Assembly (NCBI RefSeq): GCF_009914755.1
Contig: NC_060933.1
Strand: one strand, 5' to 3'
Origin: the human T2T-CHM13v2.0 reference genome, Homo sapiens
Length of the DNA stretch: 64,000 nucleotides
This document shows, piece by piece, positions 1 to 17,486 of the stretch. Numbering within the stretch: position 1 is the first letter of the stretch; every line of letters starts with the position of its first letter. Under the pieces are notes generated by a model. The model saw only the letters and a program-made list of their open reading frames with translations. It was not told the DNA's origin and did not search any database. The position numbers were made by a program, and so were the translations under genes.

Positions 1-44
1 AATTCCAGGACAATTCAATATGCAGAAAGCACTCTTTCTACAAT

Positions 45-185
45 ATAAATTAAGGAGTTAATAAATAAATATATATTTATTTATAATTATAAGATTATAT
101 TTTTATATATAAATATATATAACTATATATACATATATGTGTATATATACATATATAATGTGTGTTTGTGTGGGTGTGTAGATGG
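45..185. repeat. AT-rich/(TA)n low-complexity region with a 24 bp perfect palindrome (61-84)
   Basis: ATAAATAAATATATATTTATTTAT is its own reverse complement. (TA)n and (TG)n runs follow. Confidence 0.85.
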
Positions 186-404
186 TAGATGGCCACTGAG
201 ATGACCACAGGGTCTCCTTAATCAGAAAAGCAAACCATTCACTTTGACCATATTCAAAACCCACTGGAGCCTACTGCATTATGAGTTGTTTTTCAGTTTG
301 TCTGAAGCCACAGCCCTTCACTGAACATCCTCGCTTTGGCCATCTTTGTAAAATGTCACTTTGGCTCTCTTTGTAAAATGTTGACTCTTTCAGGCATTAT
401 TCTC

Positions 405-635
405 CACCATTCAATGTTTGTTGGTGACTGCTGTATCAGGCAGTGTTTCCAGGAGCAGAGGCTATAGTGGTGAAAAAGGTAGCCAAGGTCCCAGCCCTCA
501 CAGAGTTTATATTGCAACAAAAATAATAGGCAATAAATAAGCAACTAAATGATTATGATCACTTCAGATAGTGGTAAATATTAGGAGAAAAATAAAACAG
601 AATGATATGAAGGAGGGTGACTGAGAAGTGTGGGG
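405..635 (-). mobile_element. L2 3' fragment
   Basis: CATTCAATGTTTGTTGG...GTCCCAGCCCTCACAGAGTTTATATT resembles the reverse complement of the L2 3' end. Confidence 0.55.
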
Positions 636-1101
636 AGTTTCACTAGGTAATCCATTTTGAACTATGGTATTATGCTGTTGACTCCCGCTTGAAAATCTAT
701 ATATGTGGAGGCCTTGGCTGTCTTTTCTTTGACTCCATGTCAAAAGACCTTTCTTGACTTACGGTGAAAGGTACAATTTCCATTTAACTGGAAATTGTCT
801 GCTGTCCTTTTTGTTTTTCTTTCTACACCTTCCTTCCACAGAGAGAATCCCTTTTCTGTTTTTTTTTTGTTGTTGTTGTTGTTGCTGTTCGTTTTTTTAT
901 TATACTTTAAGTTCTGGAATACATGTGCAGAATGTGCAGGTTGTGACATAGGTATACATATGCCATGGTGGTTTGTTGAACCCATCAACCTCTCACCTAC
1001 ATTAGGTATTTCTCCTAATGCTATCCCTCCCCTAGTCCCTCAAACCATGACAGGCCCCAGTGTGTGATGTTCCCCTCCCTGTGTCCATGCGCTCTCATTG
1101 T

Positions 1102-4910
<3,809 letters not shown>

Positions 4911-4973
4911 TACGATGCTAGCTGATAATTTTGCCCATTAGTTGATGCAGTTTCTTCATAGTGTCGATGGTCT

Positions 4974-5994
4974 TTACAATTTGTTATGTTTTTGCAGTGG
5001 CTAATACCGCTTTTTCCTTTCCATATTTAGTGCTTCTTTCAGGAGCTCTTGTAAAGCAGGCCTGGTGGTGACAAAACCTCTCAGCATTTGTTTGTCCATA
5101 AAAGATTTTATTTCTCCTTCCCTTGTGAAGGTTCATTTGGCTGGATATGAAATTCTGAGTTGAAAATTCTTTTCTTTAAGAATGTTGAATATTGGCCCCC
5201 ACTCTCTTCTGGCTTGTAGGGTTTCTGCCGAGAGATCCACTGTTAGTCTGATGGGCTTCCCTTTGTGGGTAACCCAACCTGTCTCTCTGGCTGCCCTTAA
5301 CATTTTTTCCTTCATTTTAACCTTGGTGAATCTGATGAATATGTGTCTTGGGGTTGCTCTTCTCAAGAAGTATCTGTGGTGTTCTCTGTATTTCTTGAAT
5401 TGGAATGTTGACCTGCCTTGCTAGGTTGGGGAAGTTCTCCTGGATAATATCCTGAAGAGTGTTTTCCAACTTGGTTCCATTCTCCCCATCACTTTCAGGT
5501 ACACCAATCAAACAACGGTTTGGTCTTTTCACATAGTCCCATATTTCTTGAAGGCTTTGTTCATTCCTTTTCATTCTTTTTTCTCCAATCTTGTCTTCAC
5601 ACTTTATTTCATTAAGTTGATCTTTAATCTCTGATATCCTTTCTTCTGCTTGACCAATTTGGCTATTGATACTTGGGTATGCTTCAGTAAGTTCTCTTGC
5701 TGTGTTTTTCAGCTCCATCAGGTCATTTGTGTTCTTGTCTAAACTGATTATTCTAGTTAGCAATTCCTCTAACCTTTTTTCAAGGTTCTTAGCTATCTTG
5801 CATTGGGTTAGAACATGCTCCTTTAGCTCAGAGGAGTTTGTTATTACCCACCTTCTGAAGCCTACTTCTGTCAATTCGTCAAACTCATTATCTGTCCAGT
5901 TTTGTTCCCTTGCTGGCGAGAAGTTGTGATCCTTTGGAGAAGAGACGTTCTGGTTTTTGGAATTTTCAGCCTTGTTGTGCTGGTTTTTCCTCAT
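4974..5994 (-). pseudogene. L1 ORF1p (RNA-binding, coiled-coil), frameshifted
   Basis: ORF fragments MRKNQHNKAENSK...ENGTKLENTLQDIIQENFPNLARQ and RRATPRHI...ARREWGPIFNILKEKNF lie in different frames. The canonical 63 nt spacer to ORF2 is present (4911-4973). Confidence 0.95.
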
Positions 5995-6700
5995 CTTCGT
6001 GGTTTATCTACCTTCGGTCTTTGGTGTTGGTGACCTTTGGGTGGGATTTTTGTGTGGACGTCCTTTTTGTTGATGTTGACGCTATTCCTTTCTGTTTGTT
6101 AGTTTTCCTCCTAACAGTCAGGTCCTTCTGCTGCAGGTCTGCTGGAGTTTGCTGGAGGTCCACTCCAGACCCTGTTTGCCTGAATATCAACAGCAGAGGC
6201 TGCAGAATAGCAAAGATTGCTGCCCGTTCACCCCTCTGGAAGCTTCGTCCAGAGGGGGACCCGCCAGATGTCAGCTAGAGCTCTCCTGTACGAGGTATCT
6301 GTCGACCCCTGTTGGGAGATGTCTCCCAGTCAGGAGGCACAGGGGTCAGGGACCCACTTGAAGAGGCAGCCTGTCCCTTAGCAGAGCTTGAGTGCTGTGC
6401 TGGGAGATCCACTGCTGTCTTCAGAACTGACACACAGGAATGTTTAAGTCTGCTGAAGCTGCACCCACAGCTGCCCCTTCCCCCAGGTGCTCTGTCCCAG
6501 GGAGACAGGAGTTTTATCCATAAGCCCCTAATTGGGGCTGCTGCCTTTCTTTCAGAGATGCTCTGCCTAGAGAGGAGGAATCTAGAGAGGCAGTCTGGCT
6601 ACAGTGGCTTTGCCGAGCTGCACTGGGCTCTGCCCAGTTCGAACTTCCTGGCAGCTTTGTTCACACTGTGAGGGGAAATCGGCCTACTCAAGCCTCAGTA

Positions 6701-6919
6701 ATGGTGAATGCCCCTCCCCCCACCAAGCTCCAGTGCCTCAGGTCAACTTCAGACTGCTGTGTTGGCAGCAAGAATTTCAAGCCAGTGGATCTTAGCTTTC
6801 TGGACTCCATGGGGTTGGAATCCACCGAGCTAGACCACTTGGCTCCCTGGCTTCAGCCCCCATTCCATGGGAGTGAATGGTTCTGTCTCACTGGTTTTCC
6901 AGGCACCACTGGGGTATGA
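6701..6919 (+). CDS. L1 ORF0-homologous antisense ORF (72 aa), intact; translation unproven
   Basis: ATG in strong Kozak context (GTAATGG). MVNAPPPTKLQCLRSTSDCCVGS aligns with the L1HS ORF0 N-terminus MAGAPPPASLPPCSLISDCCASN and lies antisense in the L1 5'UTR. Confidence 0.45.
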   Translation: MVNAPPPTKLQCLRSTSDCCVGSKNFKPVDLSFLDSMGLESTELDHLAPWLQPPFHGSEWFCLTGFPGTTGV

Positions 6920-8149
6920 AAAAGAAAACTCCTGCAGCTAGCTCAGAGTCTGCCCAAATAGCCACCCAGTTTTGTGCTTGAAACCCAGGGCCCTGGTGGT
7001 GTAGGCACCTGAGGAATCTGCTGGCCTGTGGTTTGCGAAGACCTTGGGAAAAGCATAGTATCTGTGCCAGAATGCACCGTTCCTCATGCCACAGTCCGCT
7101 ATGGCTTCCCTTGAGTATTGGAGGGAGTTCCCTGACCCTTTGCACTTCCTGGGCGAGGCAATGCCCCACCCTGCTTCTGTTTGCCATGTGTGGGCTGCAC
7201 CCACTGTCTAAGCAGTCCCAATGAGATGAGCTGGGTACCTCAGTTGAAAATGCAGAAATCACTCACGTTCTGTGATGATCTTGCTGGGAACTGCAGACCA
7301 GAGCTGTTATTCTGCCATCTTGCCAGCCGCCGAGAGTCCCTTTTCCTTCCTTTGGAGGGCTTCTGCAGGAGCGGGGGGTGGGGCAGTGGGGTCCTGGTGC
7401 CTCTTTCAAGTATAATACTGAATTACAGACTTGTTGCACTAATTGTATAAATACCCATTACACCTGGCACTTGCTCTTCCACATATGGGCAGTAGGTTTA
7501 TCAGTTGGCAGCCAGAGTCTGAAGACCACAGATATACTAAGCTGGGCAAAAGGACAGAGCCCCTGAGTTTCCCTCTATATAATTTCCAATGCACATAGCC
7601 ACAGCTGTGGTACAAGTGGCCAAGCACTCCTGATCTATCTTCAGACAGACTCTGGCAAGGGCAAGCTAGAGCACCAGTGCCCTCTCATGGACAAGCCATG
7701 AAGCATCTTCAAGGGAACGTGCGTACCCCAGCTGGCTCTATGACGAAGCTGGAAACGCACAACACCTCTCAGCCACTGCCATCCTCCAGGGATGGGGAAG
7801 ATCGTGGTGTGCTGTCGGAAGAAGCTGACTCTGCCCACCCTCTCCATTGCCACCCATGCCCCAAAAGAATCTGCCCCTGCCGGTGTCTCACTTCTGGAAC
7901 CATCATCTTTAAGGATCGATTCTTAAACTTCCATCTCAACCAAACATACATCTTAGGACAATTCACTTTCAGAAGTTATGAGTCATCTACCAGTTACTAA
8001 GCATGATTACGTAGTTCTTCCTTAATAGAAAACTTTGACCCCAGGACTTCAGGGACATTGATCTACTCAGAATACCGAGATGTTTCAAGAAGTGAGAACC
8101 TGCCTCAAAGACAATCTTGCCTTACTAGACTCATCTATATTTTTCTCAT

Positions 8150-8260
8150 CAACGCTCCCAATGACTGAAAAATGCATGCATTATTATTATCCTGATACAT
8201 TTTACAGATGAGGAAATCAAGTCTGACACCACAGAACTTGGCATACGGCTGAAGTTCAAC
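8150..8260 (-). mobile_element. MIR fragment
   Basis: Core CATTTTACAGATGAGGAAA. Confidence 0.55.
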
Positions 8261-8547
8261 GCATTAGTCCCTTCTTTACTCTGCTAGTTCACACGGTGCA
8301 GCCGCTGTTCTAAGAGGAAATCTGCAAAAATGTGGTCACTGTCTTTTAATGCCTACTGATATGGAAATGCATGATGGGAAAAGTAGAAAGGAAAATATAA
8401 CCAAATACTACCATTTCCTGAGTTTAATACGATTCTTATGCCATTTCTTTTTAATTTGACAATTTAAGAAAATAATCACAGATTTCTAAACAAAAGACAT
8501 CTACACCAAGAATCGTCATATTTTTCTGTAAGTGAAAGTTTACAAAG

Positions 8548-8552
8548 TTTTT

Positions 8553-8592
<40 letters not shown>

Positions 8593-8914
8593 TCCTTTCT
8601 TTTTTTTTTTTTTTTTTGAGACAGGGTTTTTCTCTGTCACTCCCAGCTGGTGTGCAGTGATACAATCATGGCTCACTGCAGCCTAGATTTCCTGGGCTCA
8701 ATGCAATCCTCCCACCTCAGCCACCAGACTAGCTAGGACCACAGGCATACACCACCGTGCCTGGCTAATTTTTACATATATATATATATATTTTTTAAAG
8801 ATAGGGTTTCACCATGTTGCCCAGGCTAGCCTCGAACTCCAGAGCTCAAGTGATCCACCCACCTCAGCTTCTTAAAGTGCTGGGGTTAACAGGTGTGAGC
8901 CACTATGCCTGTCT
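8548..8914 (-). mobile_element. AluJ-type SINE with (TTTC)n/T tail
   Basis: AluJ diagnostics GCTCACTGCAGCC, CCTGGGCTCAA and GTTGCCCAGGCT; (TA)n in the linker. Confidence 0.93.
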
Positions 8915-10533
8915 GAGACTTTTCTTATAAGCACGTTTGCTAACAACATTGCTCACTTTTATCAAAATTTAGGTTACTTCCTAACCTCATTGTGAAACAG
9001 ACATCCATCTCATTAATCCAGCAGCTCATGCCTTGCATACAATCTTTAAAAATGGGGCTAAGGGAATCCAGCAACTCCATATAAAATCAAGAATCTGAGG
9101 TTGCTGGAATGTCAAAGGCCATGTCACACTTACCACTTGTTATTATTATCCTCAATATTGCTGCAGGCTGTGATGATATATGTTGGCAGGAGGAGACCTT
9201 TAATGGATTTATGTAGGACCAGGAATGTTTAACATCAGGATAAGATAAGAGAGGCCACTGGAGATTTTCTCCGCATATGGCTTGGAAGGTGTGCTTTTTC
9301 TCCTTGAAGAGTGAGAGCATGAGAATTCAGCTATTTATTCCCATAAACATACTGGCTGTTTGGCAGGGGGAGTTTGCTTGGAAATGTCCCAATAGCAGCA
9401 GAAGCCAATTTAGGATTGAAAAGCATAGTAGGAAATCTACCTTATGGATAATTTATAGGATGAAATCTGAGAGACGCATCTTTTCTTTAAGGGTCTTATT
9501 TTGAAGGGCAACATTTTCCTTCAGAAAAATCCTGCAGGACCCCTGACAATGTTGTTAAGGAGGTAAATAACCAGGAACCAGACAGGTCAAGTAAGTTCCT
9601 CAAGGTAAACCCAGTTAATAAGTGCCAGAGTTCGCACTTCAATTCAGGTTTCTCATCCCAGTCCTACTGCTTTTTTCACTACTGCATGCTACATACCCAG
9701 GTAAACCAGCTAGACTACGGCCAAGTCTCATGGACATAGCCAATTACTATCTGCTGATTACAATTATTTTGTGTGATTTTCTATGGGTTATTTTAATCTG
9801 TAGGCAGCAGCAAAACTCTTTTCTCCTACCAGCCATGTAGCTGAGCTATAATGTCCGTTTAACTATATTCCATAATTGTCATTGTTTTGTGGCCAGTATA
9901 GAGAAGTGGCCATCACCACATGATCTTTGCCCATATATCCCAGTTAAAAGTCAAGTCAATCTCAATGGGCACAAAAACAAGTTGCCAGTCAGCCATGATT
10001 GGCACCAACATTTGACAAATGAGTAAGGTACTTGTTGATTCTTCCATTAAAAAAAAAGGGGGTTTCATAGGCCCTAACTCTCACTCCCAAAAAAATCAGA
10101 GCTTCTTTAAAAGATTTAACACGAGAACTCAAACCTCCAGCGCAGTTTATCTCCCTTATCACAGTAAACTTACCATCACTATGTTCATCACATTACAGTG
10201 AACTGGTTTGCTTCACTTTTTGAGAGAAAATGTACCTGGAGACTTTAAGCTGGTGACAGAGATGACCTACTTCTCCACTTCTCTGGGCATTAGCAATACA
10301 TTCTGGAAAAACAGATAAAGTTTACGTCCTCAGGAATTTACACCACCTCAATTTTCATTTAGGCCCCTAAATTGTAGACTGTAAAGAGTACCCTTGTCAG
10401 TTCTACTAAGGTTTTGGGTTTAAAAAAATAAAAATCCAAGTCCAGATTTCTATTACAAGTAGAAATTCAATTTCTAATCTACAGTGCAAAAAGCTTTCAG
10501 TTTATAGACTTTGTTAAGAGATTAACAGGTTAA

Positions 10534-10851
<318 letters not shown>

Positions 10852-11869
10852 TCAGTGCAAAATTGGACCTGTATCCCTCTATTGAGTAGCCATGCCTCTC
10901 TCCCCTTTTCTTTTTCGGAATGCCCACCTCTTTCCCATTTCTCTTCAGGGTTAATAAGTAAAAGAAAGAACAGGTAAATAATATCTGTCAAGAGCTCTGA
11001 ATTATAATTCCAGAGAAGATGGTTGTGGGAAAGCAGGACCTCAAGGATCTGTTTATCACCATCCAGTAGGACCGTGGTTAATGGAGACTTGGCTTTGGCA
11101 TTTCCTCTTATTTCAAAAGAGAGAAATAAGGAAGTATGTATCCAAACATGCATTTGCTATCTCAACAAAAAGCTATTTATCTCCCCCACAGCTTCCTGCC
11201 AAGCCCCAGAAGGTTTCAGGGTCAATGATTACCATCTCTTCATTCAGACATTTTGACATTTGTGAATATGTTGACCTTGAAGACTGGACTGAGTCAGTCC
11301 TAACAGATGTTAATTTGATTACTCAGTTCTGACCTCTCCTGAGGTCTGGCTTTTGTCTTCATCACTATATTAAGATGGTGATAACCTCCCTGAAGTCATA
11401 AAAATGTTCTGATAAGACTTATCGATTTCAGGTTTGAAATTGTACAGATAACCAAAATGTATTTGGGTAAACTTTTAACCTACTCACTAAGACATATGTC
11501 CACCGAGACAGAAACAAGCGTTCATGCTTTTTGTCTCATAAAATACCTCTCTCTCATTTGTTTTTACATTAATAATTATTGCTTGAAAAGTAATACAGCC
11601 TACTCTGTCCGCTTTGCATTTATTTTTGCCAGCTTCTGGCAAGAATCAGGACCATTATAATCAGGAAATTAATGAAACTTCTCTCAGAAAATTTTGGACC
11701 AAAAAATTTGGAAGACAGCAATCAGATATTAAAAATAGTGATACTCATTGGCTACCTTTAAATAAGTCCTGCATATTTCAGCCCAGTGTTAGAAATGATG
11801 ACTATCTCTTTCTTGGTATAGCTAAAGATACAGAAGCCCTGGGGAATAAAACCATTTTTTACTCTTATG

Positions 11870-12030
11870 CCATAGTGGGAAGAGCATGACTTGGAAGCGA
11901 GGCATAACTGAGCTCAAATCTTCACTCCACAACTTAACCAGCTAGGTGTTCTTAGGCAAATGACTAGACAGCCAAGTATGAATTTCCTCATAGGTGAGAC
12001 AGGGATAACACTTACTTTGGATATTAGGAC
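11870..12030 (+). mobile_element. MIR fragment
   Basis: GAGCATGACTTGGA...TCAAATCTTCACTCCAC...TTAGGCAAATGACT...TTTCCTCAT. Confidence 0.6.
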
Positions 12031-13227
12031 TCAAAGGAAACACTTCTTTCAAACATATATATCCCAAAGGGACACTGAAAACCCAGATTCTTAATTCCCA
12101 AGCTTTCTTGGTAACTATGCCTTTAAATTCTAATTAATGAGCTACGTATTCATGACATATTTTCTGTTTTTTACTTCACCTGAGGTAGAGATAATGGCCA
12201 AATGTGCTTTCAGTATGACAGAAACAGGAGCTTAAGATAGGAAAAAAGTATTAAGTAATCACTAAACTACCAGAATACCCTCAGAATGGGTAAAGTACAT
12301 GTCATGAAAACTTGAAACGAAAGAGTTCAAGTCAGGGATTTCATTGAAGTAGTGAGGAACAAGATTTGACTATGATCAAGCAGGGAAGGTGGGAGCAAGA
12401 TCTAGAAGGTTCTAGAAGTCACTGCCTGTTCTTATCTAAACAATCCTTGGTCTGGCTTTATCTCTGCCAGCCCCTGCATTATTCTCCACAATGGAGCTAG
12501 GGATTTATTGTAGGAAAAAATACCCCCCCCGAAAAAAGTCAGGATCACATTCAGAGGTGGCTGAGTGGACCTTCACCTCTACCTTCCCATCTGCTGATGC
12601 CTGAAATTCTTTTAACTAGAATGGAACACCTTTCATCCCATAATTATAGCTAAAAGGCTTAAACTTCACAAGGCTGTTTCAGACAGGGTGCTGATGAATT
12701 TGAGTTCCAGTCAAAATATAATCAGTCAACATCAGTCAACAAATGTCAATGGTTGGTTATCAGATCTCTCTCTCTGTTTTGATAGAAGAAAGAGGTGAAG
12801 AGGGCAAGGTCCCAGACACCTGAAAGGAGAGAAAGGGTCACTACCAGAGGGAAAATTTGTAGAAAAAAAGTTAGTTTATATCACAGGTTCACCTCAGGTA
12901 GGTCCTGTTTGCAGCTGAGAGGGTGCAACAGAAGCTGCCTAAACTCAGAGATTTGCTTGGGAAAGTTTTGAGGTTTTTTTAATCTTTTGTTTTCTTTTAG
13001 TTTTTGTTTAATCAGCCCTCTGTAAATACCATAAATCTGTTAGCAATAATTTATAAGCTGCTTTTCCTTTGGTGTTGTTTATTTTTCATGGGGACGGTTG
13101 GCTTCTTACTGAAAAAAAAAAGAGCTTCTGATAAATTGATAACTTGGGTGCTGAAAGGAAGAGTCCAACCTGCAACAGATGCCACAACTCCCACTTTAAT
13201 ATATTTCTTCCAGGGTGACCCAGGCCC

Positions 13228-14005
13228 ATCAGCCAGTCCATCAGACAGACAGTCAGTCAGCCAGTGAGACATTTGGTCAGCCAGTCAGTCAGTCAGACAG
13301 TCAATAAGATAGTCAGTCAGTCAGTCAGCCAGCCAGATAGTCACTGGTCAGTCAGTCAGTCACCCAGTTAGCCAGTCAGTCAGCCGGTCCATCAGTCAGT
13401 CAGTTTGTCAGTCAGATAGTCAGAAAGTCAGTCAGTCAGTCACTCAGTCAGTCAGTCAGCCAGCCAGTCAGATAGTCAGTCAGTCATACAGATAGTCAGC
13501 CAGTCAGATAGTCAGTCAGTCAGTCAGTCAGTCAGCCAGCCAGTCAGTCACTCAAATAGTTAGTCAGTCAGCTGGATAGTCAGTTAGTCAGTCAGTCAGC
13601 CAGTCAGTCAGTCACTCAGATAGTAAGCCAGTCAGATAGTCAGCCAGTCAGTCAATCATTCAAATAGTCAGTTAGTCAGTCAGCCAGCCAGTCAGCTAGT
13701 CAGTCAGATCATCAGTCAGTCAGTCAGCCAGTCACTAAGAAAGTCAGCCAGTCAGTCAGCCAGTCAGTAAGACAGTCAGTCAGTCAGTCAGTCAGCCAGT
13801 CAGAGAGTCAATCAGCCAGTCAGTAAGATAGTCAGTCAGTCAGAGAGTCAGTCAGTCAGCCAGTCAGCCAGTCAGCCAGTCAGTCAGAGAGTCAGTCAGT
13901 CAGCCAGTCAGTCAGCCAGCCAGCCAGTCAGTCATATATAGTCAGTCAGTAAGATAGTCAGTCAGCCAGTCAGCCAGTCAGTCAGATAGTCAGTCAGTCA
14001 GTCAG
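13228..14005. repeat. Degenerate (CAGT)n tetranucleotide array, ~780 bp
   Basis: CAGT, CAGC and CAGA-TAGT units are directly visible throughout. Confidence 0.97.
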
Positions 14006-14069
14006 TTGAACATTTAAGATTATGCTTATATTGTATATCAAGATGTACTATAGTTTAAATGTTTTCCCC

Positions 14070-14164
14070 TTCCCAGCCTCCAGAACTGTGAGAAATTAAC
14101 TTCTGTGTTCATAAGCCAGCCAGTTTATGGTGTTTTGTTATAGCAGCCAGAGCAGACTAAGACA
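14070..14164 (+). mobile_element. MaLR (MLT1A/MST-type) LTR 3' end
   Basis: CCAGCCTCCAGAACTGTGAGAAAT...TTGTTATAGCAGC...GACTAAGACA. Confidence 0.8.
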
Positions 14165-15289
14165 GGGTATTTTGTTTGTTTTGTTTTGTTTTTCAGAGGA
14201 GTTAATTGGTCTGAAAAAGTAAAAGGACTTATAAAGTGAGGTCATCCAACATAGCCTTTTCTCAGCTGAATTTTCACCTAGAATGGCTGCAAAACAAGTT
14301 TGAGGACTGTGTACAGTAAGCACAAATAATACAATTGGGATTAGTTAAAATGATAAAACCGTTCTCTTTTCTTTCTTCAAATTATATGGCATACATATGA
14401 CAGCATATGTGATGACTCAATTTGAGACTCCGTGTCCAACAAAAGGCTTCACAAATTAATATCATCAATTTAAATTATTCACACATGCACAGTGATCTAT
14501 GTACATGGTTATTCATTACAGCATTACTTATAATAGTATAAGATTAGAAACAATCTAAATGTCCCTGTTTCAAATTATCCTAAGGCAATTTGGCTCTTCA
14601 GGAAATATTAGTTTCTTTTGATAACTGTTGATAGTCTCTGGCTATTAGGGGGCTTACATGTCCTCTACCTTAGAATTTCGCTTTCAAGTGCTATGTTGCA
14701 ACTCCAGACCAAATTCCAGGTGCTGTGAAAGCAACTATCAGACCAAATTTTGCCAAGTATACAAACATTTACTAGTAAGCAAGTCAAAATGCAGGCATAT
14801 GATATGTTCTATAGCTGGTGATGTTCATTTTCTGCTCTAGGTACTTCGAACAACAGAAGCCAAGATATTCACAGAGAAGTCCTGGCCAGCATACTGATTA
14901 GGTTAGGCAACAAGGTGCTCTGTGAGATGAAGGACACAGAATTAGTGAGCCACCTCTATATTTTGAGTTACACCATTGGCAATGGATGGCTTGCTCAAGG
15001 GATTTCTTTACTCTGCTCATTCAAAGACTATGAGGTATATATAATCTTCTTAACCAACCACCTATTTTGACCTCCACTCATTTCATCCTTACGCTAATTA
15101 ACAAAGCTTCTGATGTAGATTTCAATGAGGATACTTGAAGTCTAAGTAATCATCCTTAAAGTGTTGATTGTTGATCAGACTACTTCAAATGCTGTTTAAT
15201 CACTCCCAAGGCCCAGATCAAATTTCACTCAGGCACATATCACAGAATGTACTCGAAATTATTTCAAAAGAAAATTACTATGGAGGCAA

Positions 15290-15670
15290 TAAACTTGTCC
15301 ATCAATTGGAGACTAAATAAATTATGATGTACCAATAAAACAAAATACTACATAGCTTTAGGAAAGAATGAGGGCTCACACATGAATAGCTATGGAAATG
15401 TGGAACACTCTTTAGGTTATATAGTCACATGAAAATGGATAAGCACAGGGCATTCTGTATAGCATGCCTCCACTTGAGTAAGAAAACAAGAATTCATCTG
15501 TTTTGTACATGCATACATACCTCTAGAAAATGGACAAGAACTGGATTATATTGGTGACATGCGGGAATAAGGTAGTGTGAGGGTACTGGGTTAGGAAGAG
15601 ACATTTCATCATTTTCCCTTTGTATCATTTCAAAAATAATTTCAATATAAAAGATGAAAACATTAACAAT
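15290..15670 (+). mobile_element. Old L1M 3' fragment; a related piece lies at ~14460-14570
   Basis: TGTCCATCAAT.GGAGA...AAATAAATTATGATG, resembling the L1M 3'UTR. Confidence 0.55.
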
Positions 15671-15892
15671 CTTTAAACACACTTTACAAAAAACTTTTTT
15701 GAGGAATACCTCAGTAATATTCACATATTTATTCATTCTGTTTATGTAGCAAAAAGACTGTGTTCACAGACACTCCTAATGCCTGGCTTGTGGTCAAGGA
15801 CACTTCTGTCACTCTTTACAAAGTTGTCCCCTTCTCCCTCTATGACTGCATATACTTTAACTTTGCAACAGTCACCAGTCCCCTCCTTCTTT

Positions 15893-16575
15893 TGCTACTT
15901 GTGGCAAATCCGTATGGGTTTGGAGCAACCTCAATTCTTGCCTCCTCAGAAAAAAGAATTTGACTGGGGAGGCATAAGGCAGAGTGAGAGGCAAGTTCTA
16001 GAGCAGGAGTGAAAGCTTATTAAAAAGCTTTAGAGCAGGTACTTGGAAGATGCCCAAGCAAATGACTTGAAAGACAAGTGCCCTGTTTGACCTTTGACTT
16101 AGGGTTTTATATGTTGGCATACTTCCACTGTCTTGCATCCCTTCTCCTCTGAGTCTTCTCTTAGCGTGGCCTGTCTGCATGCTCAGTGTCCTGCTAGCAC
16201 TTGGGAGGTGAGCATGCACAGTGTGTTTACTGGAGTTGTGCGCGTGCTCACTTGAGGCATTCTTCCCTTACCACTCAAATGTCCCTGAAAGGCCATATAC
16301 CAGTAGAACTCTGCCATTTTGCCCCCTAATGCTCATGCTTGAGCCCATTGGCCCCACTCCTGAGATCTTATCGGGAAGCTGCTGATCACCAATTTCAGGT
16401 GTTTCTATCTTCTGGGAGACTGCCTATCCTTGGCGTGGGCTGCGATCAATTATTATTTTAGAGAGACAGTGTGACAACTGCCTGACCATCACCTGATGGC
16501 TGCCTGACATCCCTGGTGGGGTTGGGGGAGCCCTGTCCTGCCCTGCTCATGCCTGACTAGCTACCCACTGTAACA
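15893..16575 (-). mobile_element. Solo LTR, MER50-like (ERV1/MER4 group)
   Basis: TG...CA termini and a 4 bp TSD CTTT. The minus strand begins TGTTACAGTGGGTAGCTAGTCAGGCATGAGCAGGGCAGG, matching the remembered MER50 consensus. Confidence 0.85.
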
Positions 16576-17486
16576 CTTTGTCCTTCTGCATCCCACGCTC
16601 AGAGGCTGCAATGGCTCTTTGGTCCTCAGTGGTGGGATCAGCAGCTCTGTTTTCTGCCTCATTCATGCCCTGAAGAAAGTACACAGGAAAATGACACAGA
16701 ATGATATGCAACTTTTTCCTCTACAGTTTTAAAGGTGAATTCGTTAAGGCCCCAGAGCAAAACATTCTCAACAAAAGCTGAAAATAATGAGGAGCTGTTT
16801 AAAAAAATTTTTTTTCAATTCACTGAAATATGTGTTGATGTCATTCTGTTGTTCTTAAACTGACTTCAAGGGAAAACTGGTGAACTTTTGTCCTCCAAGA
16901 AGTTCCCCTTTATCACCCCTCCTCCCACCCTGACCCCTTCTACTCCTTTCATTTCCTCCCAATCAAAACACCAGGAACAACATCCCCCTAATCACTATTT
17001 TGCTGTCAGGCTTAAATGGGTCAAAGCTCCAGCCACTAGTAAAACAAGAAGCAGTTTGCTTGGCTTGGATGTGGAATTGTATAAATGCTTGCTTAAATGC
17101 TGGTTTTCAGATGGTAATACGTTATACAGGAAGGGAGGCCAGTTAGGGGTGATAGCCCCAGTTTGCAGGAAGCATTGGATAGGTTGGATAGGGTAGGGGT
17201 AAGCAGGCACTCCCTCACTTCTATGGACAACAGATGTGGCAAATTGGCAGCTCACAGATCTTATTGGCAGCTTTGCTGTGATGCATACTGGTTTCCAAAA
17301 GCTTTTAATTAGTAACCGATATCTAAAAAATTTGGAGATTTCACAAAATTCTGGAACTGGCAAGTTTTAGTTGTACATCTGGCCAACCAAGACCTGAATA
17401 CCTCCAAAGCAACACTTGTATGAGGAGGGGCTGCCCACGTTAGGTAAAGCACACTCTCCAATTCCACAAGGTCCCAGGGACCTGGC

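Noticed and set aside
61-84. 24 bp perfect AT palindrome
   Set aside because: Expected in AT-rich low-complexity sequence and far shorter than the palindromic AT-rich repeats linked to translocations.
7641-8000. 107 aa ORF in a CpG-containing unique segment
   Set aside because: No recognisable homology, exon structure or processed-pseudogene hallmarks.
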